Notes: generated by a model from the letters alone, not told the origin. A stretch of DNA of 64,000 nucleotides from Candidatus Poseidoniales archaeon (GCA_003602475.1 QQSC01000010.1:20374-84373); one strand, 5' to 3'; positions 29,753 to 39,630 are shown, counted from the first letter of the stretch. Program-made: numbers and translations.

Positions 29753-30045
29753 CCGAAGGCTCTACCGTGACCCTCGAGAAAATCAACCATTACCTCGATG
29801 TTACTCGTCGTGCCCGGGAAAAAGCCACCCCTCTTGTGAAGGCGGGGAGTCCGGAGGACGCCCACCTCAGCGTGATGCTCCGAATGGCCGATGACTACGC
29901 CTCCGATGCTGCTCATTTCGCTCGTAATGGGGACCTTGTCAGAGCCTTTGGGGCCATCAACTACGCTCACGCATGGATTGATGCCGGAGTAAAAATTGGA
30001 TGGCTTGACGGCCACGGTGATGACGTGTTGTTCACGCTTCCTTGA
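29749..30045 (+). CDS. DUF357 family protein
   Basis: MADDYASDA.HF...GD.V.AFGAINYAHAWIDAG. Confidence 0.88.
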   Translation: MTEGSTVTLEKINHYLDVTRRAREKATPLVKAGSPEDAHLSVMLRMADDYASDAAHFARNGDLVRAFGAINYAHAWIDAGVKIGWLDGHGDDVLFTLP

Positions 30046-30050
30046 CGGTT

Positions 30051-30425
30051 CTATAGCGAGTCAACTAGGTGAAGGAACGAACCTCGCTTCACTTCGAGGA
30101 CCGGAAGATTGGCCTCGAACAACCGGCGTTTCAGCCCTCTGTCAACGGTGAGTGTGCAACACTTCCGTTCCAATGCCATCTCAAACAGGATGTCATCGGT
30201 GTGGCCTTCCTTGGAGGGTACAAGGGTGGATCGTGACAGCAGCAAGGGCATGAGGAGACCCTTGCGCATTGGGCGATCAGCGTTGAGTTGGTTCAGCTCC
30301 GCCAGAACGGAGGTGGGCAACAGCCATGTGGTTGGCCCCAAAACAGCGTCGAGCTGAGCATCCATGTTGAGTTGAGCGTCCACACATGCCGCCCATCCAC
30401 AGGCGTCAATCAGGATTTCCTTCAT
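30051..30425 (-). CDS. PIN-domain (Fcf1-like) protein
   Basis: ILIDA, SVLAEL, HTDD, TVDRGLKRR; usual neighbour of aIF2-gamma. Confidence 0.8.
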   Translation of the reverse strand: MKEILIDACGWAACVDAQLNMDAQLDAVLGPTTWLLPTSVLAELNQLNADRPMRKGLLMPLLLSRSTLVPSKEGHTDDILFEMALERKCCTLTVDRGLKRRLFEANLPVLEVKRGSFLHLVDSL

Positions 30426-30434
30426 GGGTCGGCC

Positions 30435-31673
30435 TCACACGATGGTGCCGTACCCGATGAGTCGCCAACGTGAACCGACTCGTCTTGAGATGGAGATGCG
30501 CTGCCCAATATCTGCGCATATGGGGAGTCGCAAATCGAGATTAGTTCTCGTTTTCTCAGCGTTTCTGGTCACACCAACAGAGGTTGCTGTGGCCACGTTG
30601 ACCATGAGCATCTCGTTGTTCCGCAAGGGCTGAATTTTCTCTGGTGCTTCACCATCACCGCTGACCATGTGAGACATCAGGTTAACGCTGACATTCATGC
30701 TGGTGTGCACGTCCGGTAGTTCCCCCTCGCGGGCGACGACTTGCCCGGACAGGTTGTCGGCGGTGGTGATGGACGGGTCAAGGAAGGTGGCCATCCCACA
30801 CAATCCTCCAGCGTGCATTGTTTCGAGGTTCAAGCCGCCTCCTTGCATGCTGCTGACGACGGCGTGAATGGGCTCCCATTCGGATTTGTTGCCTTTCTCG
30901 ATTTTTCGACCAGGGCCAATCACCACAGCGTCGCCTTCTTTGAATTCGCCTTCGACGATGCTTCCACCGATGACGCCACCGCGCAACTTGGTGGGGCGTG
31001 TGCCGGGCCGATTGATGTCGAACGACCGTGCAATGTGCATGATGGATCGTCGGTCACCCGTGCGATCGGGTGTAAGGATGGTGTGCTCAATCGCTTCGAT
31101 CAAGATGTCGAGGTTTACATCGTGGTGAGCCGATACGGGGATGATCGGTGCCTTCTCAGCAATGGTGCCCTTCAAGAACTCTTGAATTTCTTGATGAGAT
31201 TCAAGTGCCCGTTCTCTTGAGACGATGTCAATTTTGTTCTGGACAACAACGATGTTCTCGATGCCAGCGATTTCCAGGGCCATCAGGTGCTCACGAGTTT
31301 GGGGCTGAGGGCACGTTTCGTTGGCAGCCACCATCAACATGGCACCGTCCATGATCGATGCTCCCGTGATCATGATGGCCATCAGCGTCTCGTGACCTGG
31401 TGCGTCGACAAACGAAACGACGCGCTGGAGTTCTTCAGCCACATCTTCGCCGCCCTCAGGGCGCTTACCGGTGGCGTAATACTGACCGTTGTTGTCCTTG
31501 TAGAACGCCGTATCTGCGTAACCAAGTTTGATGGAGATGCCACGCTTCCGTTCTTCGGAATGGGTGTCGGTCCAAACGCCCGATAGGGCTTGGGTCAACG
31601 TGGTTTTTCCGTGGTCGACATGGCCAACAAGGCCGATGTTCACTTCGGGTTGGGCTGGAAGCTTTCGTGCCAT
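30435..31673 (-). CDS. eif2g: Translation initiation factor 2 gamma subunit
   Basis: GHVDHGKTT, RGISIKLGYA, DAPGHE, NKID, RWRLIGYG. Confidence 0.97.
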   Translation of the reverse strand: MARKLPAQPEVNIGLVGHVDHGKTTLTQALSGVWTDTHSEERKRGISIKLGYADTAFYKDNNGQYYATGKRPEGGEDVAEELQRVVSFVDAPGHETLMAIMITGASIMDGAMLMVAANETCPQPQTREHLMALEIAGIENIVVVQNKIDIVSRERALESHQEIQEFLKGTIAEKAPIIPVSAHHDVNLDILIEAIEHTILTPDRTGDRRSIMHIARSFDINRPGTRPTKLRGGVIGGSIVEGEFKEGDAVVIGPGRKIEKGNKSEWEPIHAVVSSMQGGGLNLETMHAGGLCGMATFLDPSITTADNLSGQVVAREGELPDVHTSMNVSVNLMSHMVSGDGEAPEKIQPLRNNEMLMVNVATATSVGVTRNAEKTRTNLDLRLPICADIGQRISISRRVGSRWRLIGYGTIV

Positions 31674-31711
31674 GCTCCCATCCCCGTGTGTTCTCGACGA
31701 CCCTCTCGGGT

Positions 31712-32188
31712 TCACTCCGCTGCGTTTTCGTCACCGGAAGAGAGGATGGTGGCCAGGTCTTTGTTACCGGTCTCAACCACCTTCAGATTGATCTGTCGAG
31801 TGTCTTGGGTGATGGTGTTGCCACGGAAGTTTCGTCGGCGTCGTAGACCTTCGGGCTTGTATCGAAATCGCTTCTTTTCAGCACCTTTTTTCTTGTGGAC
31901 AACCACTTGACCCTTGTAACCGGTGGATTGGGTGACGAGGATGGATTGTCGGGAACCGCCTTCAAGATCACGGCGGAGAGGGGTGCCGGTCTTGTCTGAC
32001 CCGCCGGTAATCTCCAGTTTGTAACCGCTCAGGGTTTGTTCACCTTCGCCAACGAAGATACCATCAACAACGTCCCCAATGCGCTTTCCGAGCAATTGGG
32101 CGTGGTTGTTACCGGCGATTTTCAACGAATAGGATTTACCGCCGTTCTTGGGGTTGGTGTCGTTCACCACTGCAACGAATTCAGCCAT
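31712..32188 (-). CDS. rps6e: 30S ribosomal protein S6e
   Basis: ITGGSDKTG, GLRRRRNFRGN, QINLKV. Confidence 0.95.
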   Translation of the reverse strand: MAEFVAVVNDTNPKNGGKSYSLKIAGNNHAQLLGKRIGDVVDGIFVGEGEQTLSGYKLEITGGSDKTGTPLRRDLEGGSRQSILVTQSTGYKGQVVVHKKKGAEKKRFRYKPEGLRRRRNFRGNTITQDTRQINLKVVETGNKDLATILSSGDENAAE

Positions 32189-32257
32189 ATCAGCACCTCT
32201 TAGGGTTTGTCCGAATCGCGACCCGTATTTAGCCCCATCGTCTCCAACTCAGAGGCT

Positions 32258-33466
32258 TCACCGTCGCTGCAATCGCTTGGGCAACAACAATTCCAACCGT
32301 CCTGCGATGTCGCTGGGCAGGAGATTGGGCATGCTGAGGTGTGTTGTTCGTCCTCGGCCGCCCTCGACCGTGGCCACATGAGAATCCACAATCCCCTCTT
32401 GCACGAGGGTCTTCACGTACTTCCACAAGGTGGTGTGACTCTTCGGTTTCTGTTCGTATTCTTCACAAACCACCTGGTAAAGACCTTCCACATCGCCCAT
32501 GGTCATGCGTTCCTGGTTTCGCAGGCGACGGCACATGGCCAGCAAAGCAAGCATGACCTGAGCGTTCAAGTCGTCAACCACCTCAAGCCGGTCTCCGACG
32601 TAAACAGAGCCGCTGCTGGCAACCACCTCGTTGATGTCCTGGACGGAAATCTCTGGCACGGTGTGTTCGTCTTGTCGGGCTTCACAACGTTCGGCAGCGT
32701 TGTTGAGCACCTCGATCACGCGACGGGCATCCCCGCTTGGCTCGGCCTTCTTAGCGATGAGGCTGAGCATCTCATCGGTCCATGATCCGGGTGATAATGC
32801 AGCCATGGCCCGTTGCCGGGCGATGGCTTCCAAGCCTTCGAGGTCGTAGCGTGGTACTCGGAGATGATTTGATTGGCCAAATTTGGAAATGACGGCCGTC
32901 TCGAGAACATCAAGCACCTGTTCTTGACTGACGAGGATGAGCGACACGCTCCCTGAGCCTTCCTGGTCTTCGTCGATGCGGAGAAGTTGGTACAGCAACT
33001 CGTCTCCCGACCGCCGCAGCATGTGGTCCACTTCGTCGAGCACCACCACGAGATGAGTGCCGTTTCTCCTGATCATTTTACGAACGCTGAGGAGCAATTC
33101 GCCCAACGATAACCCTCTGTCCGGGTGGCCAGGGTCAAATTGATGGAGAATGCGTTGGGCAACCCGCATGCTCGTCGATGCGTTTCGACAGTTGACATGG
33201 ACGGTTTTCAAACTGCGTTTGCCCGAGAGATGCCGCTGCAGGTCGCGGCAGAATGTTTTGGCCAGCACTGTTTTGCCGCTGCCGACAGGGCCTGTGATGA
33301 TCGCTCGTGCAGCTCCACCTGGGGAGGCGACGGCACTGAACTTGCTTGCCAACGCTCGCTGCAAAGACTCCCTGCCGACCAATTCATCGGGGACATGGTC
33401 ATAGTCAAGCGGTTCGGGGTCGGTGATGACCAAACCCGCTCCGATTCGGTCGAGATAGCCCGTCAT
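32258..33466 (-). CDS. cdc6: Orc1/Cdc6 replication initiation protein
   Basis: P.ELVGRE, GPVGSGKT, HVNC, VVLDEVD, GDARR, C-terminal wHTH with GRGRTT. Confidence 0.93.
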   Translation of the reverse strand: MTGYLDRIGAGLVITDPEPLDYDHVPDELVGRESLQRALASKFSAVASPGGAARAIITGPVGSGKTVLAKTFCRDLQRHLSGKRSLKTVHVNCRNASTSMRVAQRILHQFDPGHPDRGLSLGELLLSVRKMIRRNGTHLVVVLDEVDHMLRRSGDELLYQLLRIDEDQEGSGSVSLILVSQEQVLDVLETAVISKFGQSNHLRVPRYDLEGLEAIARQRAMAALSPGSWTDEMLSLIAKKAEPSGDARRVIEVLNNAAERCEARQDEHTVPEISVQDINEVVASSGSVYVGDRLEVVDDLNAQVMLALLAMCRRLRNQERMTMGDVEGLYQVVCEEYEQKPKSHTTLWKYVKTLVQEGIVDSHVATVEGGRGRTTHLSMPNLLPSDIAGRLELLLPKRLQRR

Positions 33467-33544
33467 GGTAAGGTAGGCTCTTGTCAACCGTTCTAAAACA
33501 TGTGGCCGCGCTCGTCCTTCTCCAAGGTCGTTCGGTGGGCTATG

Positions 33545-34654
33545 TCAAGGGATTTCATCAAACTGGTATCCCAATTCCCACTGCTTTTCACCGAGAGCAA
33601 CTTCCAGTTCAAACGGTGTGATGAGCGGTTTTCGATACTTCACGGCGTCGTCGATGGCAATACGAGGGCAGGCGGTGTTGACAAAAGCGTCCACAGGGTA
33701 GAAGTCAATCAACTCGGGACCGACGTGCTCCAGGGCCAACAAGTACCCTTTCTTGCCGTGTTTGGCAAGCATTCGTTTCATTCTCAACGCCAGTGTCCGG
33801 CGCATTTGTCCGGGCTTTTCACCGATGAGAATGCCAAATGTGTTGGCCTCCTGAACGCTCATGATGAGGCCAAAGCGCTGTCGAAGGATACGTTCAATTC
33901 GTTCCAATGACATCTCCTCTGCGTCCCCGGTGTAGGGGTCGAGCATGGCCAGGGGTTTTCCAGTGTGGAGCACCAAGCCAATCGGATGGAAATCTCCGCT
34001 CCCCAGGAACAGGTAGTGGCCGATGCTCGGGTCGTCACCGGAATAATTGCAGCCCAGCACTTGCCCGGGGAACGAAAGGCGAGCCCCGCCGATGGGAATG
34101 GTGACGTCGTATCCTGCCTTTTCCAAACGGTCGTGGTATTCCGGCAGGAGATGGAGGTGTTGAATGGAACCGACCAGGCCGAGTTTGGTGTCGGTGAGTG
34201 GAGCCATACGGCCCACCGCATCCATGAATCGCTCTTGGGCTTCCTCCTCGCTCAAATTCGTGGGTGCTGATTGACCTTCCAATCGTTGCTTTGCCATTGC
34301 TCGATGTTGTTCAAGCCAAGGCAGAACAGGTTGGAGTTCAGGATCACCGTCATAGGTGACGTTGATGAATTGGGTTGGCATTCCAGAATCAATGTTCATC
34401 TGAGAATGACCCATGTGAGCCACCAACTCCACTCCCATCAACTGCATCTTGTCGTGAACAAGGTCACAAGCCCCGTAGCAGGGGTCGGCAGCCAAGACCA
34501 CTTGGGCGCTGGTGTCGGTTTCAATGGTGTCCATCATTTCCAGGGCTTGCATTTTCAGCCCCTCGGGGACTTGAAGGGCGATGAGGCGATGATCGTTGGT
34601 GCGAATTCGCTCCATCAATTCCTCCAACTCGAAGTCGTGTCGGTCCAGATCCAT
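33545..34654 (-). CDS. dph2: Diphthamide biosynthesis enzyme Dph2
   Basis: LQVPEGLK, YGACD, GQVLGC, TACPRI. Confidence 0.95.
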   Translation of the reverse strand: MDLDRHDFELEELMERIRTNDHRLIALQVPEGLKMQALEMMDTIETDTSAQVVLAADPCYGACDLVHDKMQLMGVELVAHMGHSQMNIDSGMPTQFINVTYDGDPELQPVLPWLEQHRAMAKQRLEGQSAPTNLSEEEAQERFMDAVGRMAPLTDTKLGLVGSIQHLHLLPEYHDRLEKAGYDVTIPIGGARLSFPGQVLGCNYSGDDPSIGHYLFLGSGDFHPIGLVLHTGKPLAMLDPYTGDAEEMSLERIERILRQRFGLIMSVQEANTFGILIGEKPGQMRRTLALRMKRMLAKHGKKGYLLALEHVGPELIDFYPVDAFVNTACPRIAIDDAVKYRKPLITPFELEVALGEKQWELGYQFDEIP

Positions 34655-34713
34655 GGTGCTCCCTGTGTGTTGCCCGTCGCCCATGCCTCATGAAGGCACC
34701 CATGCTCAATCGC

Positions 34714-35283
34714 TCATTCGACAACGATGCGTTCTCCATCCATTCGTAGGGTCACCAAGGAGGAAAACATCACGTTCGGGTGCCGTTCACGAAGCCGATT
34801 TAACCCGTCTCCCTTTTCCACCACCGTCACGACGTGAACAACTTGAGCTCCCGCCCGCTTCACGCCGTCCAACACGGCTTCCAGTGTGCCCCCGGTTGAA
34901 ACCACGTCGTCAACGATGAGGAGACGTTCGCCCGGTTGGATGTCGTTGAGGTACATGGCCCCAGAGGAGTACCCAGTTGCTTGATCGATGACGACTTCCC
35001 CTTCCATCCCATAAGCGCGCTTTCTGGCAACGACCATGGGGCGTCCATGTTGGAGGCTGAGGGGGGTGGTGAGTGGCAACCCCATCGCTTCGATGCCGAG
35101 CAGCAAATCGACGGTGTTCCAATCGACCAGGTCACTCACAAGTTCCATGATGGCCTCCGTGACGTTTGGGTCCATTCTCGGGACACCGTCGGTGATGGGA
35201 TGGACGAAGTAGGGGTAACCCTCTTTCCAAATGACGGGAGCGTTCGCTAAACTTGCTTTGAGCCGACTCAAGGCGTCCTTCAT
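34714..35283 (-). CDS. hpt: Purine phosphoribosyltransferase (archaeal Hpt/Apt type)
   Basis: YFVHPITDG, EAMG, IVDDVVSTGGT. Confidence 0.85.
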   Translation of the reverse strand: MKDALSRLKASLANAPVIWKEGYPYFVHPITDGVPRMDPNVTEAIMELVSDLVDWNTVDLLLGIEAMGLPLTTPLSLQHGRPMVVARKRAYGMEGEVVIDQATGYSSGAMYLNDIQPGERLLIVDDVVSTGGTLEAVLDGVKRAGAQVVHVVTVVEKGDGLNRLRERHPNVMFSSLVTLRMDGERIVVE

Positions 35284-35325
35284 GAGGCCCTTGGAGGCCA
35301 AGCGCCCTATGATTGTTGATGCTGC

Positions 35326-35751
35326 TTACAACTCGGCAAGGTATTCCACGTATTCTTCGTGGTCCATCAGGTTCTCCAAGAGTTGCTTGTCGTCGGGGTC
35401 CATTTGGAGGGCGTGAGGTTCAAGCAAAATGATCCAGCCGTCGTTGTAGGCTGACTCGTTCACCAAATCAGGTGAGATTTCAACTTCGCCGTTCACATCG
35501 GAGACGATGCCGGAAAAGGGCGAGACGAGCGAGACTTTCTCGTCTGCTGTCCACAAGGAGAAGAGGCTTCCTCCCTCATCGACCTCGGTGTCTGCTTGAG
35601 GGAGAATCACGCGAAGCACATCGCCGATTTCGACACGAATGAATTCACTCACGCCAATCATCAGTTTCGTTTCTTTTTGTTGAAACCACAAGTGGCCTGT
35701 TGAATACATTCGGTCTTGAGCAATAACGAATTCGTCGTAGTCGTCGTCCAT
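35326..35751 (-). CDS. Glycine cleavage H-like protein lacking the lipoyl Lys
   Basis: YSTGHLW, IGVSEF....IGD, SPFSG.V..VN, VNESAY.DGWI. Confidence 0.8.
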   Translation of the reverse strand: MDDDYDEFVIAQDRMYSTGHLWFQQKETKLMIGVSEFIRVEIGDVLRVILPQADTEVDEGGSLFSLWTADEKVSLVSPFSGIVSDVNGEVEISPDLVNESAYNDGWIILLEPHALQMDPDDKQLLENLMDHEEYVEYLAEL

Positions 35752-35865
35752 GGTCCTGCCTCAAACGCGCCTCACTGATGGGGTATATGAATGCTGAGGA
35801 AGTTCGGTGCATCGGTGAATGAAACGGGTTAAGAAAGTCGGCTTGTTGGGTCGTTTGGGGAGACC

Positions 35866-37038
35866 ATGAATTTCGGAGAAACGGAAGAACAGCAAATGAT
35901 TCGTGAACTCGTTCGAGACTTTGCTGAAAGCGTGTTGGCTCCAACCGTTGAGCACCGTGATCAAAACCAAATTCCCCCTTCTGAGGAGTGGCAAGCCTTC
36001 CTCGAGTTTGGGCTCCATGGAATCACAATTCCAGAAGCTTACGGAGGTTCCCCGGTTGACGATGTCTCTGAAGCCATCATCATCGAAGAACTCGCTCGGG
36101 TGGACCCGTCGTTTGCTGTGATGTATTGCGTGCACGTCGGCCTGTGTTCCATGACCATCGCCCTGCACGGTGATGAGCATCAAAAGAGCACCTACCTTCC
36201 TCGCTTGGCTGCGGGAGAAGTTGGTGCATACTCACTCTCAGAGGCAGGAGCCGGAACGGACGCTGCTGCCATGGTCTGCAAGGCCAAACTTTCCGACGAC
36301 GGAACACATTATGTTCTGAACGGCGAAAAGATGTGGGTCACCAACGGGGCGCAAGCCAAGATTGTGGTGTTGTTCGCCAAAGACGTCGACCATCCCGAAT
36401 ACGGTGTGAAAAAGCATGGTGGAAGCACAGCGTTCATCGTTGATTCCTCGTTTGAAGGCTTCTCTGTCGGTAAGAAGGAAGACAAGCTTGGTATTCGCTC
36501 ATCGGACACGTGCACGTTGGTCCTCAACGACTGCAAAGTTCCCGTAGAGAACATCATCAAAGGCGCCGGGAATGGCTTCCCAATCGCCATGAACGCTCTG
36601 GACAACAGCCGCATTGGAATTGCAGCTCAAGCGTTGGGCATTGCTCAAGGCGCCTATGAGGCGGCGTTGAAGTACGCCCACGAGAGAGAGGCCTTTGGCA
36701 AACCCATCGCCTATCATCAAATGATCATGGCCTACCTCGCCGATATGGCAACACAAATCGAAGCCGCCCGTATGCTTGTCTACAAGGCTGCATGGACCAA
36801 GGAACAACACTACCATGCAAACGGCCCACGCCACTCAAAGGAAGCCAGCATGGCCAAACTTTTCGCTGGTGATACCGCCATGTGGGTCTCTGAACGAGCC
36901 ATTCAGGTGCTGGGCGGTTACGGTTACACCAAGGAATTCCCAGTGGAGCGGTTCTTCCGAGACGCTAAAATCACCCAAATTTACGAAGGCACCCAAGAAG
37001 TCCAACGCATTGTCATCGCACGAGCTCTCAAAGATTGA
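35866..37038 (+). CDS. Acyl-CoA dehydrogenase
   Basis: LSEAGAGTD, NGEKMWVTN, KLGIRSS, IYEGTQE. Confidence 0.95.
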   Translation: MNFGETEEQQMIRELVRDFAESVLAPTVEHRDQNQIPPSEEWQAFLEFGLHGITIPEAYGGSPVDDVSEAIIIEELARVDPSFAVMYCVHVGLCSMTIALHGDEHQKSTYLPRLAAGEVGAYSLSEAGAGTDAAAMVCKAKLSDDGTHYVLNGEKMWVTNGAQAKIVVLFAKDVDHPEYGVKKHGGSTAFIVDSSFEGFSVGKKEDKLGIRSSDTCTLVLNDCKVPVENIIKGAGNGFPIAMNALDNSRIGIAAQALGIAQGAYEAALKYAHEREAFGKPIAYHQMIMAYLADMATQIEAARMLVYKAAWTKEQHYHANGPRHSKEASMAKLFAGDTAMWVSERAIQVLGGYGYTKEFPVERFFRDAKITQIYEGTQEVQRIVIARALKD

Positions 37039-37095
37039 ACCCTCGGACAGCAATTGCCCAAGAAAAAGGTTCATCCAAACCTAAAGGTCGTCGCC

Positions 37096-38163
37096 TCAAG
37101 CCTCAAGGGCAATCATACGACGTCGAGCCAACGACCAATCGTGGGGTTGCACCGTCAACTCAACAGGGGTGCTGATGTCGTGATGTGAATCAGCGGTTTT
37201 CATCATGACCTCCACCGTGAATCCGTTGCCTTGAACCACCAAAGTGACGCTTGGCCGATAGCCATGTGGCCCAAGCAACGTCGTCTCTTTACCGGTCACG
37301 ATGCCTTGGAGGGTCATCGGTCCAGAGGCCGCCGCCATGCTGCTGGCCTCGCTGCGCAATTTGGTCAGTTCAAGGGCCTCCACCAAACCTTTGAGTCCGG
37401 GCGCACCAACAACAGGGGCCACTTCCTTGTGAGATTCAGGTGCGAGCACGGGCGTTGGATCGCTTTTCACAGGTGCTCTTTTTTGTTGAACAGGAGGTTC
37501 CACGACCGTGAGTCTGATGGTGTCCAGACGAACGCCAAGATGCATCAGTTCAAGGGTATAGTCGCCGATTTCATCGGGGGTTAATGTCATGGTGTCAAAC
37601 GTCGCTCCGTCCATGTTATCAGCACCAACGGGCATCTCTTCCTTGGCCCCGTTGCTGTGTTGGATGGTCGACAAAAGGTAAGCGTCCACCTGCTCGGAAA
37701 AATCAAACCGAAACTTCACTCCTTCGTCAACCAAATGAGGGGGGGATGAAGTGAGCACAATGGTCCCAGTGACAGGTGTTTTTACCTCAAACAATTCCTC
37801 TGGGATGTCCAGGCCCAAGGCAGCGAGCATGGCCAACCATTCCCCCAGTGCGATACCAACATCCGGTGAGGCACCTGTAAACGAAAACATGAGTTCTGTG
37901 ACCCATTCAGGAGGGCGCTCCCCCGTCATTTTTGCAAGAAGGGTGGAGAACTCATCGCCGGAAATGAGGCCGTTCTTGTCCTTGTCCAGCTCCAAGGTGA
38001 GGTCAAGTGGGGACATGGCAGAAGATTCCACCCATCCTCGGAAGTTGGAAACCAACAACTTGGCCATTTTGTTTCGCTTGGTAATGGCCTCGATGTTGCC
38101 TCCGATGGCTTGCGCACGGGCGTTGAAAATGGCCTTATCTGGCAAGACGATAGGTGCAGGCAT
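37096..38163 (-). CDS. EF-hand-containing hypothetical protein
   Basis: Canonical loop DKDKNGLISGDE; stop of upstream CCA gene adjacent to the start. Confidence 0.7.
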   Translation of the reverse strand: MPAPIVLPDKAIFNARAQAIGGNIEAITKRNKMAKLLVSNFRGWVESSAMSPLDLTLELDKDKNGLISGDEFSTLLAKMTGERPPEWVTELMFSFTGASPDVGIALGEWLAMLAALGLDIPEELFEVKTPVTGTIVLTSSPPHLVDEGVKFRFDFSEQVDAYLLSTIQHSNGAKEEMPVGADNMDGATFDTMTLTPDEIGDYTLELMHLGVRLDTIRLTVVEPPVQQKRAPVKSDPTPVLAPESHKEVAPVVGAPGLKGLVEALELTKLRSEASSMAAASGPMTLQGIVTGKETTLLGPHGYRPSVTLVVQGNGFTVEVMMKTADSHHDISTPVELTVQPHDWSLARRRMIALEA

Positions 38164-38165
38164 GT

Positions 38166-39566
38166 TCAAGCCATGGAAGGGTTGGTCATGAAGATAGTCC
38201 CTGCGGAGGAGGGGAAGGCCACGGTTGGCCAAGATTGAGGGTCTCCATGAACAAACGGGAGGGTGTTTAACACGGCTTCAAGTTCGGTGGGGGTAGAGAT
38301 TTCTCGCTCGATCTGCAGTCGATAAAGCCAAGCCAAAAGACGGCCCAATCGCACACCACTCCCGAGCCCTGTTCGCTGCATGAGCCAGCGTCCGTCAACC
38401 AAAGGCGCCACCGCTTCAATGGAGGGAGTCAACTTCGACCACCCGTTGAGGAACACCTCAATGGCTTCAGTCATGGACGGGGGGAGCTTCCCTTCTTTCA
38501 CGGCAAGCTTGCAGGCCTGAACATGCGCCGTCGTGTCCTCCCCTAGGCAGTGGGCATAGATTCGCATGTCTGCTCGGTTCGGGAGGGGTACAGCCCGCAA
38601 TCGAGTGGAGAACAGGGCGGTTGATTGCAACGTGGTTTTTGGTACTGTAAGGCCTTTGAGGACAGGAGCAAGGTCATCATGGTCCTGATGGCTCATGAGG
38701 AGGGCAAGTTGCTGATGCAACGCCCATCCGGTGGCGGGGGGCTGATCCAACCATTGGAATTGATGATCTGGCACGGTCCGAAGCCCCTTGATCACATGAT
38801 GCAGCACGCCGTCGTTCTGCATCTGCTGGAGAACAACACCGGGCTGCGAGCCAGTAAAAATTTTCTTGAGTTCCGACCACTTCCGTTCGACTGCAATGTT
38901 GTCCAAGGAAGATCGGAGCAAGACCAGCGCATGATGGAGTTCGTTGTCAATATCCCATGTGGTTGGGTTGTCAACCCCCCAGAACCGATAGGCCCTCAAA
39001 ATTCGAAGGGCGTCTTCACGGCACCGTTCGTTGGGGCGACCAACCGCTCGAATCGTTCGTTGTTCAAGGTCCTTCACGCCTTGGTGAGGGTCGTAGAGGA
39101 CACGTAAATTCAGGTCCACTGCCATGCTGTTCATGGTGAAGTCTCTTCGTTTGAGGTCTTCTTTGAGAGAGAGGCCCCATTCAACTTGCGAGGGTCGACG
39201 TCCGTCGGTGTAGAGCGATTCTGTTCTCAATGTCGTGACTTCGTAGACGGCGCTGGCTCCTTTGATGGAAACGGTTCCAAACGCCACGCCCGTCGGAATT
39301 GCTCTCTTGCCAAAAATGCTCAACGTCGTTTCGGGTGGACAAGAGGTGCAGAGGTCCACATCATCACCGGAAATCCCCAACCAGGCGTCTCTGACACATC
39401 CGCCGACCAACCACGCTCCGTGACCGTGTTCGGCTAACGTGTTGATGATCTCAGCAACCTCGTCGGGGAGTTGTTCAAGCCATCCAACCATGCCTGCTGG
39501 CAAGTCGCAGCCTTCAGTGTCGGCTTGGACGGTGGACGAACGCTCGGTGATGTTGTAACCCTCCAA
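38166..39566 (-). CDS. cca: Class II tRNA nucleotidyltransferase (CCA-adding enzyme)
   Basis: VGGCVRD, DVDL, EVTTLRTE, RRDFTMN, EDALRILR; start uncertain (39491-39566). Confidence 0.85.
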   Translation of the reverse strand: MEGYNITERSSTVQADTEGCDLPAGMVGWLEQLPDEVAEIINTLAEHGHGAWLVGGCVRDAWLGISGDDVDLCTSCPPETTLSIFGKRAIPTGVAFGTVSIKGASAVYEVTTLRTESLYTDGRRPSQVEWGLSLKEDLKRRDFTMNSMAVDLNLRVLYDPHQGVKDLEQRTIRAVGRPNERCREDALRILRAYRFWGVDNPTTWDIDNELHHALVLLRSSLDNIAVERKWSELKKIFTGSQPGVVLQQMQNDGVLHHVIKGLRTVPDHQFQWLDQPPATGWALHQQLALLMSHQDHDDLAPVLKGLTVPKTTLQSTALFSTRLRAVPLPNRADMRIYAHCLGEDTTAHVQACKLAVKEGKLPPSMTEAIEVFLNGWSKLTPSIEAVAPLVDGRWLMQRTGLGSGVRLGRLLAWLYRLQIEREISTPTELEAVLNTLPFVHGDPQSWPTVAFPSSAGTIFMTNPSMA

Positions 39567-39630
39567 CTTGTTCCATGCTGGCAGGCGTCAATGAAAAAGG
39601 ATTATCACGGCTGGGCAGGCCCGACAGGCA

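Noticed and set aside
33467..33544. Replication origin next to cdc6
   Set aside because: Flanking gaps are under 80 bp with no ORB-like TCCA..GAAA/G-string repeats
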